Below are positions 45,089-52,747 of a stretch of DNA of 52,747 nt, one piece after another; within the stretch, counting starts at the first letter, position 1; each line of letters starts with the position of its first letter. The DNA comes from a virus. Its lineage: Duplodnaviria > Caudoviricetes. The translations under genes and the position numbers were made by a program. The notes beneath the pieces are model-generated. The model did not search any database. It was not told the origin of the DNA and saw nothing but the letters and a program-made list of their open reading frames with translations. The stretch covers positions 1 through 52,747 of the IMG/VR virus record IMGVR_UViG_3300025892_001683. One strand, 5' to 3'.

Positions 45089-46244
45089 CGGCAAATATCG
45101 AGTTTTCAACGACATTATCCGTGAACGCGGAGATTTTCCTAGCGCAATCTGGTATGGTCCTTACAATATTAAAAAGATAGTTAACTGGTGCAGTAATGAT
45201 TACTTAGGTATGGGTCAACATAAAGTTGTTATAGATGCTATGCATACAGCATTAGACCAAACAGGATCAGGCAGTGGTGGTACAAGAAATATTGGTGGCA
45301 CAAGTCATTATCACGTAGCTCTTGAACACGAACTAGCAACACTACACAATAAAGCCAAAGCATTATTATTCACAAGTGCCTACGTTGCTAACGAATGGAG
45401 TCTTATTTCATTACCTAAGATTATACCGAATCTTGTTTACATAAGTGATAGTAACAATCATGCTAGTATGATTGAAGGCATAAGAAACAGTAGAGCACCT
45501 AAAATAATTTGGCAACACAACGATTTAGAACAACTAGAAGAATTATGTGCAAGTGCTGTACTTGCAGGGCAGACACCTTGCATAGTATTTGAATCAGTTT
45601 ACTCAATGGATGGTGATATATCACCAATGAAACAGATATGTGACATTGCAGACAAGTATAAAGCAATCACATATATTGACGAAGTCCACGCTGTTGGACT
45701 TTATGGGGAGCACGGAGGAGGCTGGACAGAGAAATTAGGGTTACAAAACCGTATTGATATAATCAATGGCACACTTGGAAAGGCCTTTGGAACCCAGGGC
45801 GGATACATTGCTGCTGATGCAGAAGTTATTGATGCTATACGTTCAGTCTCGTCCGGCTTTATCTTTACTACTTCAATGAGTCCTGTTACTTGTGCAGGTG
45901 CATTGGCTGCTGTAAAGTATTTGAAAGATCATAATGAAGTAAGAGTAAAGCACCAAGAACGTGCTAGGAAACTTAAACATCGTTTACAGAAGAATGGTAT
46001 AGAAGTTATGGAATGTAGCACAACACATATTGTTCCTGTGCTTGTTGGTAATGCTAAGAAGTGTAAAGCAATGAGTGATAGATTATTAAACGAACATAGT
46101 ATCTATGTTCAACCAATTAACTATCCTACAGTTGCAGAAGGTACAGAGCGATTAAGATTTGCTCCTACACCTTATCATGATGATGGAATGATTGAGGATC
46201 TTATTTTAGCTCTTCAGAAGACTTTTGAGCATCATCAGGAGTAA
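45039..46244 (+). CDS. hemA: 5-aminolevulinate synthase (C4/Shemin pathway)
   Basis: [52 protein letters not shown] (PLP Lys), [17 protein letters not shown]. Confidence 0.95.
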   Translation: MIDKKPINELLKNLKDSGKYRVFNDIIRERGDFPSAIWYGPYNIKKIVNWCSNDYLGMGQHKVVIDAMHTALDQTGSGSGGTRNIGGTSHYHVALEHELATLHNKAKALLFTSAYVANEWSLISLPKIIPNLVYISDSNNHASMIEGIRNSRAPKIIWQHNDLEQLEELCASAVLAGQTPCIVFESVYSMDGDISPMKQICDIADKYKAITYIDEVHAVGLYGEHGGGWTEKLGLQNRIDIINGTLGKAFGTQGGYIAADAEVIDAIRSVSSGFIFTTSMSPVTCAGALAAVKYLKDHNEVRVKHQERARKLKHRLQKNGIEVMECSTTHIVPVLVGNAKKCKAMSDRLLNEHSIYVQPINYPTVAEGTERLRFAPTPYHDDGMIEDLILALQKTFEHHQE

Positions 46245-46587
46245 GCCTAAATATATCATCTAGGTTGTCAGGAGTTCCTGATTCAAATATAATAGAATTT
46301 GCTTGTAGTGACTTAACAGTGTGTGGACTCATTTCAGCAATGTCAACTGTTTTACCTTCTTCTAATATTGCAGCAGTAGATTTGCCTGTTTTGATATCTG
46401 TAAAAATTATTTGAAACCTTCCAGCATTTATAAACCAACTCTTCTTTCTGTCTTTATGAATAACAACAGTTGTTTCGGCGCCTGCTTTTTCAAATACTAA
46501 TATCTTTCCGCAGTAAAATTGGTTTGATGCCCATACTATTTCGTAACCCCAATCTTTATCAATCTTTCCTGTAGGTGATATATTCAT
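46201..46587 (-). CDS. Cupin-fold protein
   Basis: K.WGYEI.W....YCGKIL; metal ligands partly degenerate. Confidence 0.7.
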   Translation of the reverse strand: MNISPTGKIDKDWGYEIVWASNQFYCGKILVFEKAGAETTVVIHKDRKKSWFINAGRFQIIFTDIKTGKSTAAILEEGKTVDIAEMSPHTVKSLQANSIIFESGTPDNLDDIFRLTPDDAQKSSEELK

Positions 46588-47177
46588 TATGTTCTCTTTT
46601 CTTTTATCTCGTCAATTAGTCCGTACTCGAGTGCTTCCCCTGCACTCATAAATTTATCACGCTCCATGTCCGCAGCAAGTTCGTCAAACGTTTTACCTTT
46701 GCTATTATGCTTTTCATAGATAGCAGTAAGTTCTTTTTTCATTTTAAGAATTTCTTCTACTTGAATCTGCATGTCGGTTGCCTGTCCTCTTGCTCCACCA
46801 CTAGGTTGATGTATCATATGTCTAGCATTAGGTAACATATATCTCTTTCCTGGTGCACCTGCTTGAGCTAACAAAGATCCCATAGAACATGCTTGTCCCA
46901 TAACAAATGTTGCGACTTCGGGTTTAATAAATTGCATTGTATCGTAGATGCACATGCCTGCTGTAACAACTCCGCCTGGGCTGTTAATGAATAAACTAAT
47001 TTGTTTATTAGGATTTTCGCTTTCTAAAAACAATAACTGTGCTACAATAAGGTTAGCCATATGATCTTCAACTGGACCATTCAGCATAATAATTCTTTCT
47101 TTCAGTAGTCTACTATAAATGTCAAAAGCTCTTTCGCCTTTTTGAGTAGTTTCAACTACCATTGGTACTAGTGCCAT
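46587..47177 (-). CDS. clpP: Clp protease proteolytic subunit
   Basis: [24 protein letters not shown] (Ser), MIHQP (His), ERD; alternative start 47204. Confidence 0.96.
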   Translation of the reverse strand: MALVPMVVETTQKGERAFDIYSRLLKERIIMLNGPVEDHMANLIVAQLLFLESENPNKQISLFINSPGGVVTAGMCIYDTMQFIKPEVATFVMGQACSMGSLLAQAGAPGKRYMLPNARHMIHQPSGGARGQATDMQIQVEEILKMKKELTAIYEKHNSKGKTFDELAADMERDKFMSAGEALEYGLIDEIKEKRT

Positions 47178-47210
47178 ATTTGTTTGTTCCTTTTCGTTAA
47201 TCATAATGCT

Positions 47211-47322
47211 ATTATAATTTATTATTATACAATTGTCAATTCTTATTTTGAACTAATAAATCCTTTTACAGTTATATTTTATCAAAAAAATAGTTGACAC
47301 TAATATAATGTGAGTATATACT
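47211..47322. promoter_or_regulatory. Divergent sigma70-type promoters
   Basis: Minus: TTGACA-N17-TATAAT (47239-47211); plus: TTGACA-N17-TATACT (47294-47322). Confidence 0.75.
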
Positions 47323-47421
47323 GTAAGAACAATGAAGCATTGACCCATTGATTCGTCAAGCAGTCGTGCATAACTGATGCCCTAGTAATTTGTTACACAG
47401 GCACACAATTGGAGAAGTAAA

Positions 47422-48543
47422 ATGGCAAACCCATTAAAGCAAAAACTTACACCCTATAATCGCCAGACAGAAATCAACAAGTACCTGGCAAAATTTAAAA
47501 TTCCATTCGAAATGAAAGATGACGCAATTGATTTGCGTACTATGTCGGACAACTACCCTCGTGGTATTATACCACTTGATGATATTGCAGAAGCAATTGA
47601 TATTGTACTTGGTCCTGACAAGAAGCCTGAAGTCCAAGACCCATACGATCCTAAAGAAGGTATTGTAAAGTTTGGTTGGATTGATTGGGAAGATATGTAT
47701 TTGTGGCCTAGGTTCCAACGAGATGTTGCACCTAACCATTTATATAAGATTGAACAAGACTACGAACATACTGCGGTGCTGTTGCCAACTGCTATACTAG
47801 TAGATGGTATGTACATGCTGTGGGACGGACATCATACATCACAAGAAATGTTTAGACAAAAGTATACTACATACCCTATGTGGTATATCGATACAAATAT
47901 GATTACTGCTGAAACTGTAACTGAAGCAGGGTTTACTGACAAGGTAGAGTATGCTGTTTGGTTAGCAGGACAAAACATGATACGTATTAACAGTCGTAAC
48001 AAACGTAAACTACATGCTTATGATGAGTTTATGATCCTACTTGAAACAAAAGACAGTGCAATTGTACAAATGAATAACGTTCTTACTGCTACAGGGTTCA
48101 GTCCTAAACGTAATGCTAACACTCCGAATGCATTCAGTCAGATTAAAAGTGGACAAACTATCTTTGAAATGACTGACGACTACGGAGTCAAGGGCAAATA
48201 TTTCAAACGTGCATTGCAATTCCATAACACACATTGGACAAAGGCTGCGGCTGAATTAGAGATATGGAGGCCTATGGCATTGTTATACAAGATGGCTGAA
48301 GTTGAAGGCTTTACAATTGATGCTGCCTTTGATGATGAACTAGGTAAACTGTTTATCAAACTATGGGGAGACCCAGAGTCAGTACAAAAAGGACTCAAGG
48401 ACAACTATGAGAATGCTCTGCACACCAAAGGGTTTACTAATCCAAGAGACCATGACCAATGGCGTGTGTACGATTCTATCGTAAACTTATATAATAGTAC
48501 AGTTGGACGTATCACACTTCCAACAGCACAGTGTAGGTGGTAA
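47422..48543 (+). CDS. ParB/Srx-like N-terminal domain protein
   Basis: FQRD...LWDGHHT resembles YQR...DGQH(R/T); GGAG SD. Confidence 0.6.
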   Translation: MANPLKQKLTPYNRQTEINKYLAKFKIPFEMKDDAIDLRTMSDNYPRGIIPLDDIAEAIDIVLGPDKKPEVQDPYDPKEGIVKFGWIDWEDMYLWPRFQRDVAPNHLYKIEQDYEHTAVLLPTAILVDGMYMLWDGHHTSQEMFRQKYTTYPMWYIDTNMITAETVTEAGFTDKVEYAVWLAGQNMIRINSRNKRKLHAYDEFMILLETKDSAIVQMNNVLTATGFSPKRNANTPNAFSQIKSGQTIFEMTDDYGVKGKYFKRALQFHNTHWTKAAAELEIWRPMALLYKMAEVEGFTIDAAFDDELGKLFIKLWGDPESVQKGLKDNYENALHTKGFTNPRDHDQWRVYDSIVNLYNSTVGRITLPTAQCRW

Positions 48544-48544
48544 C

Positions 48545-48931
48545 ATGAAATTCTTATACTTAATGAAAGACCCTCTAGGTAGTGGTGATTGTAAAATTGG
48601 TATCACAGGATTCGATCATGCTAAAACAAGACTAGGTGTCTATCAAAATAGTTATAGTGCGAACAGTAATATAGCAACGTTCAATCATTTATGGTATGGC
48701 AAGCCTAATCCAATTAGCAAGTTAGAAAGCGTACTAAAAGATACATTTGGATATGCAATAATGCTTGAAGGTAGAGGGTTTTCGGAATGGATTGCAGAGC
48801 CAGAAGATGTAATTCTATCCAAAATAAAAGAAACTATAGAAGATTATCATTTTCATGTGTACAAGGCTGATACAGATATCAACATATACAGTATAGATTC
48901 TGTAATAAAAAGGTTGACAAACAGTGAATAA
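48545..48931 (+). CDS. GIY-YIG/T5orf172-like nuclease domain protein
   Basis: FLYLM...KIGIT...RL..YQ...E......SEW. Confidence 0.65.
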   Translation: MKFLYLMKDPLGSGDCKIGITGFDHAKTRLGVYQNSYSANSNIATFNHLWYGKPNPISKLESVLKDTFGYAIMLEGRGFSEWIAEPEDVILSKIKETIEDYHFHVYKADTDINIYSIDSVIKRLTNSE

Positions 48932-48942
48932 TTTGTTATAAT
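48914..48942 (+). promoter_or_regulatory. Sigma70-type early promoter
   Basis: TTGACA-N17-TATAAT. Confidence 0.8.
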
Positions 48943-48979
48943 ATACTTAATAATTAGGCAAACAGAAAGGCAAAAAACT

Positions 48980-49234
48980 ATGGCATTAGAAACTAGATCA
49001 CTCGATAGAATCAATCGTCAATTCCGTGAAATGAATGCAGTTGCTCCCAATATGTACTGGCAGCACGGCACACTATGGATAGATACTAACGATAAGGCAC
49101 ATCTTACAATTATAAAAGATGCTATGTTAGAGGACGTTTTGGATATAAAATACACAGTAAAATTTAATTTGCTCAAGGCTACGGAAACAGAACCGTGGGA
49201 CCAATGGGCAATGGATATCGTGGAGGCAGCATAA
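48980..49234 (+). CDS. Hypothetical protein
   Basis: ORF track; follows the early promoter. Confidence 0.7.
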   Translation: MALETRSLDRINRQFREMNAVAPNMYWQHGTLWIDTNDKAHLTIIKDAMLEDVLDIKYTVKFNLLKATETEPWDQWAMDIVEAA

Positions 49235-50559
49235 TGAGAACTCAACCGCAAGACATTATTAAAAAACTAGAAGCCGACAACAGTCGACTAGTAAAAGAGC
49301 AAGTTATTGAAGACGCAATGCAGGAAGGACTAGACGAGTTCTTTGAAGGTCTTGCATGGACACTAGATAAGTTACATACGTTTGGCGTAAAGCAAGTACC
49401 AGAGCGTGTTGAAACTCCTCAGCGTGGACAAGGACTTGCTTGGCAACCATTTACAGAACTTGCAAATGCGTTGTATACTAGAAAACTCACTGGACATGCA
49501 GCCAAAGATGCTATTGAACTTGCAATGAATGTTGCAACAGTAGAACAATGGAATGGCTGGTATAGACGTATCCTTATAAAGGATCTACGTTGTGGCGTCA
49601 GTGAAAAGACAGTTAATAAAGTTGCAAAGAAACTTAAACTGGAAAAGTATAAAGTTCCTGTGTTTGAGTGTATGTTAGCCCACGATAGTGCCAACCATGA
49701 GAAAAAGGTAAAAGGAAAGAAGTTACTGGAGCCGAAACTAGACGGCGTCAGATGCATTACAGTAGTGGACTATGAAAGTAGAGTCGTTACACAATATACT
49801 AGGAACGGTAAGGTCCTGGATAACTTTTCACATATTACAGAAGCATTAGAATACTATATGGATGAGATTGGTCGTTCGTATGTACTAGACGGTGAAGTAG
49901 TAAGTGATAGTTTCCAAGATCTTATGAAACAAGTACATAGAAAGAGTGATGTAAAAGCACAAGATGCTAGACTTGCCCTGTTTGATATTATTCCATTAGT
50001 AGAATGGAAGAAGGGTGAAAGTGTACAAGGACAAAGACGTAGAAGCAAGATGCTTGAAACGTTTAAGAATATATTTGCTGACACAAAATGTATTGAGATT
50101 GTTCCACAAACAGAAGTGGATCTAGATACTATGGTTGGTGAAGTTGAGTTCAAAGACTATAATAAGAAGATGGTTGAAGAAGGCTACGAAGGTATTATGA
50201 TTAAGGACATTGATAGTGTGTATCAATGTAAGAGATCGACTGCGTGGCTTAAGATGAAACCGTTTATTGAGGTTTCATTGGAGGTTAAAGATGTTGAAGA
50301 AGGAACAGGACGAAACGAAGGAAAACTTGGTGCATTCGTTTGTGAAGGTATTGATGACGGAAAGAAAATTAATGTTAATGTCGGTAGTGGCTTTAGTGAT
50401 GCTAATCGTGATGAGTTTTGGACTGGTCGCGCTAATATCCCAGGTCAAGTTGTAGAGGTAAGAGCTGATGCAGTTACACAGAACCAAGACGGAACATACA
50501 GTTTACGTTTTCCAAGGTTCTTAAGATTCAGAGGCTTTATAGCAGGTGAGAAAATCTAA
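49234..50559 (+). CDS. ATP-dependent DNA ligase
   Basis: EPKLDGVR, LDGEV, LFD, EGIMIK, WLKMKP, VGSGF, SLRFPRF; start 49234 with GGAGG SD. Confidence 0.95.
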   Translation: MRTQPQDIIKKLEADNSRLVKEQVIEDAMQEGLDEFFEGLAWTLDKLHTFGVKQVPERVETPQRGQGLAWQPFTELANALYTRKLTGHAAKDAIELAMNVATVEQWNGWYRRILIKDLRCGVSEKTVNKVAKKLKLEKYKVPVFECMLAHDSANHEKKVKGKKLLEPKLDGVRCITVVDYESRVVTQYTRNGKVLDNFSHITEALEYYMDEIGRSYVLDGEVVSDSFQDLMKQVHRKSDVKAQDARLALFDIIPLVEWKKGESVQGQRRRSKMLETFKNIFADTKCIEIVPQTEVDLDTMVGEVEFKDYNKKMVEEGYEGIMIKDIDSVYQCKRSTAWLKMKPFIEVSLEVKDVEEGTGRNEGKLGAFVCEGIDDGKKINVNVGSGFSDANRDEFWTGRANIPGQVVEVRADAVTQNQDGTYSLRFPRFLRFRGFIAGEKI

Positions 50560-50560
50560 C

Positions 50561-51142
50561 ATGGATAGTAAGTTAATAAACTTTGCTAATATTCAATGTG
50601 ATATAAAAAGCCTTGTAAACACTATTGCACTACAAGGCAAGGATCTTGTTGGAGTTGAACTTGGTATCTATCGTGCGGAGAGCTTCTGCACTTTGTTACA
50701 ATGTGTACCTAACATTAAAAAACTGTATGGTGTAGATAATTGGCAACCTTATGTTGATTACATTAAAGATCCGTATGACGGCACACCTAACGGAGCCAGC
50801 ACTGACAGAGAAATTGAATACAGTAAGTTTATGGCTTACCACGCTATCAAATACTGTGCAAATAATCACAAGGCTGAAGTACTAGAAATGGACAGTACCG
50901 AGGCAGCAGAGAAGTTTGATGATGAAAGCCTAGACTTTATCTTTATTGATACCTATTACAGCAAAGAACAAGCAGAGAAAGAGTTAGATGTATGGTATCC
51001 TAAAGTAAAACAGGGCGGATTGTTCATGGGCCACGATTATGACACAACGATCATTCAAATGATTGTTCACGAGCATCGACACAAGAACAATGTGACTACT
51101 CCATTAGCAACGTATGATAAGTGTTGGGCTTGGCATAAATGA
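50561..51142 (+). CDS. Class I SAM-dependent methyltransferase
   Basis: GVELGI, YGVD.W, LDFIFID, K.GG...GHDY. Confidence 0.85.
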   Translation: MDSKLINFANIQCDIKSLVNTIALQGKDLVGVELGIYRAESFCTLLQCVPNIKKLYGVDNWQPYVDYIKDPYDGTPNGASTDREIEYSKFMAYHAIKYCANNHKAEVLEMDSTEAAEKFDDESLDFIFIDTYYSKEQAEKELDVWYPKVKQGGLFMGHDYDTTIIQMIVHEHRHKNNVTTPLATYDKCWAWHK

Positions 51143-51372
51143 AGAAGTTCACTGTTGATATAAATGTTGGAGACACTATTATGGTCGGACGTTGGAAGAA
51201 CGTTCCTATCAAAGTAGTTGACATTGAACTCGACAAAGAAGGACAACCTGTACTAATATCTAACACAGGCAAGAAACATCTATTTGCTTGTAGAGTAGGC
51301 AAACTATCTCCGGGAGGGCTTACACCTACTCAAATTATATCAAGAGCTAAAACAGCAACAAGGAAAAAGTAA
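51139..51372 (+). CDS. Hypothetical protein
   Basis: ORF track; ATGA coupling. Confidence 0.7.
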   Translation: MKKFTVDINVGDTIMVGRWKNVPIKVVDIELDKEGQPVLISNTGKKHLFACRVGKLSPGGLTPTQIISRAKTATRKK

Positions 51373-51644
51373 TGTATAAAATTGAAGATATCGAAACAGG
51401 AAAGAGTTACGGGTGTAAGTTTAAAGTAACTACAATGTTAGACACCCACGGTCGCCCGCCAGGGCTATCAGACACACCATTGGCAGGCCCAGGAGAGTAT
51501 GAAGGATTTGGTGTTATACAAGTGCGTGATAGTAACAGCAAACTTGTAGAAGTATACGATACAAAAGCTCGTAAAACATTTCGTGTAGGCTTCGATAGCA
51601 TCTGGGATATAGATGATGTTGAGTATGTTGATGCAAATGAATAA
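51372..51644 (+). CDS. Hypothetical protein
   Basis: ORF track; TAATG coupling. Confidence 0.7.
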   Translation: MYKIEDIETGKSYGCKFKVTTMLDTHGRPPGLSDTPLAGPGEYEGFGVIQVRDSNSKLVEVYDTKARKTFRVGFDSIWDIDDVEYVDANE

Positions 51645-51840
51645 CAATGGACCAGTATTTGAAAAAGGTTATCCTAGTTACGAAGCAGTCAACCCAGTTC
51701 AAAGAACTTATGAAGTTACATACCCATCAGGTCAAACAGTACAATGGAAGAACTATACCATAACAGACTGTCTTATAAAATTTAATGGACATAACAGTAT
51801 GTATGATTATCAACTTAAAATTAAAGAGCTCAACAAATGA
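51637..51840 (+). CDS. Hypothetical protein
   Basis: ORF track; start uncertain. Confidence 0.6.
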   Translation: MNNNGPVFEKGYPSYEAVNPVQRTYEVTYPSGQTVQWKNYTITDCLIKFNGHNSMYDYQLKIKELNK

Positions 51841-52583
51841 TTTTAAGAATTGGTGTTAGGGGAAGTAAACTAGCATTAGCATATGCAGAACGTGTGTGCA
51901 ATGAGCTTTCTTGTGATACTAAAATAGAAATCATTAAAACAGACGGAGACTTGTTTCCTGATACTCCAATACACGAGATAGGTGGCAAGGGTGTGTTCTG
52001 CAATGCTATTGAATATGCACTTGCACAAGATATTATTGATGTTGCTGTTCATAGTTTAAAAGATATGCCCGGAGATGTAGAACATCCAGACTTACATATA
52101 TGTGCAGTGTTAGAACGTAATAGACCGCATGATGTTCTTATAGGTAATGTGTTTGATGGCTTTACATTAGGTACTAGCAGTCCTAGGCGTAAAGCACAAC
52201 TAGAAGAACTATATGCTAATCAAAATATACAGATTAAACCTATTAGAGGTAATATAGATACTAGACTTACTAAACTAGATTCAGGAGAATATGATGCTAT
52301 TGTACTTGCAGAAGCAGGACTAGATGCATTACAAATTAAAAGAGATTACATTAGGTTACCTATTGTCCCAGCAGTTGGGCAAGGTATTATTGCATTACAA
52401 ACACGCAAAGATGATGTAACGACAAACGAAATTGTTAGCAAAACAAATCATAAACTTACATATGAACAGGCAAAATTAGAAAGAGCATTGTTAAAAGGCA
52501 TAGGTGGAGATTGTTCTACAAAAGTTGCAGGTCATGCAACAGGTAGCAATCCTATTAAATTAGAGGCTGTGTATTATGATTGA
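51837..52583 (+). CDS. hemC: Porphobilinogen deaminase, C-terminally shortened
   Basis: RGSKLA, T.GD, GGKGVF, AVHSLKDMP, GTSSPRR.AQL, IRGNIDTRL, LAEAGL, PAVGQG, GGDC (cofactor Cys). Confidence 0.92.
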   Translation: MILRIGVRGSKLALAYAERVCNELSCDTKIEIIKTDGDLFPDTPIHEIGGKGVFCNAIEYALAQDIIDVAVHSLKDMPGDVEHPDLHICAVLERNRPHDVLIGNVFDGFTLGTSSPRRKAQLEELYANQNIQIKPIRGNIDTRLTKLDSGEYDAIVLAEAGLDALQIKRDYIRLPIVPAVGQGIIALQTRKDDVTTNEIVSKTNHKLTYEQAKLERALLKGIGGDCSTKVAGHATGSNPIKLEAVYYD

Positions 52584-52586
52584 CTG

Positions 52587-52747
52587 CTATAACCAAGTGT
52601 TAATAGCACTGCTTGCTGATAGCTCGCAGGATTTATCCCATAGTTGATCTACTGGACAATTCCATACCCATTGCGGGTCAACATCATTTGCATATAGCCA
52701 ACTGCTTCTCTTAGAGAAAGGCCCCTGCCCACTTAGTTCCATATCTA
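52587..52747 (-). CDS. C-terminal fragment of a gene entering from the right (possibly YqgE/AlgH-like)
   Basis: Open frame ...MELSGQGPFSKRSSWLYANDVDPQWVWNCPVDQLWDKSCELSASSAINTWL*. Confidence 0.45.
   Translation of the reverse strand, partial: DMELSGQGPFSKRSSWLYANDVDPQWVWNCPVDQLWDKSCELSASSAINTWL

Noticed and set aside
47329-47421. SAM-II/SAM-V riboswitch in the long leader
   Set aside because: I could not match the consensus pseudoknot, and the downstream gene is unrelated to SAM metabolism
820-51702. Many antisense or alternate-frame ORFs in the track (e.g. 7843-8352, 27537-28520, 40514-40867, 49419-50153)
   Set aside because: They shadow well-supported genes and lack SDs or recognisable motifs

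Overview
This window is a gene-dense, AT-rich segment of a large T4-like (myovirus/jumbo-type) phage genome; no host chromosome is apparent. Phage evidence: NrdA/NrdB/glutaredoxin, DNA ligase, a PAAR spike, fibre proteins, exonucleases, T4-type late promoters (TATAAATA/ATAAATA) and sigma70-type early promoters. The host is most likely a marine alphaproteobacterium (inference from ALA synthase, a permuted two-piece tmRNA, a ROSE-like element and hemO-pcyX). Host-type cargo is unusually heavy: a curli-like csgF-csgG-curlin-FecR operon; tetrapyrrole/bilin genes (hemA, hemC, hemE, hemO, pcyX); Fe-S genes (iscU, nfuA); proteostasis and translation genes (tmRNA, clpP, clpS, hsp20, bS21, two AUA-reading tRNA-Ile); an AlkB-like hydroxylase; an MsmA-like oxygenase that has lost its Rieske ligands; guaC; and a PiT-like transporter with a Pho-box-like site. 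Signals not shown by the ORF track include a covarying multi-hairpin RNA (37672-37838), a probable -1 frameshift at 9160-9169, an RNA thermometer ahead of hsp20, shared capsid-targeting-like N-termini on a ligase-like/Pol-beta-like enzyme pair and a nuclease-like protein, two non-canonical leader motifs, and probable leaderless mRNAs. All family calls come from reading motifs by eye; no searches were run.
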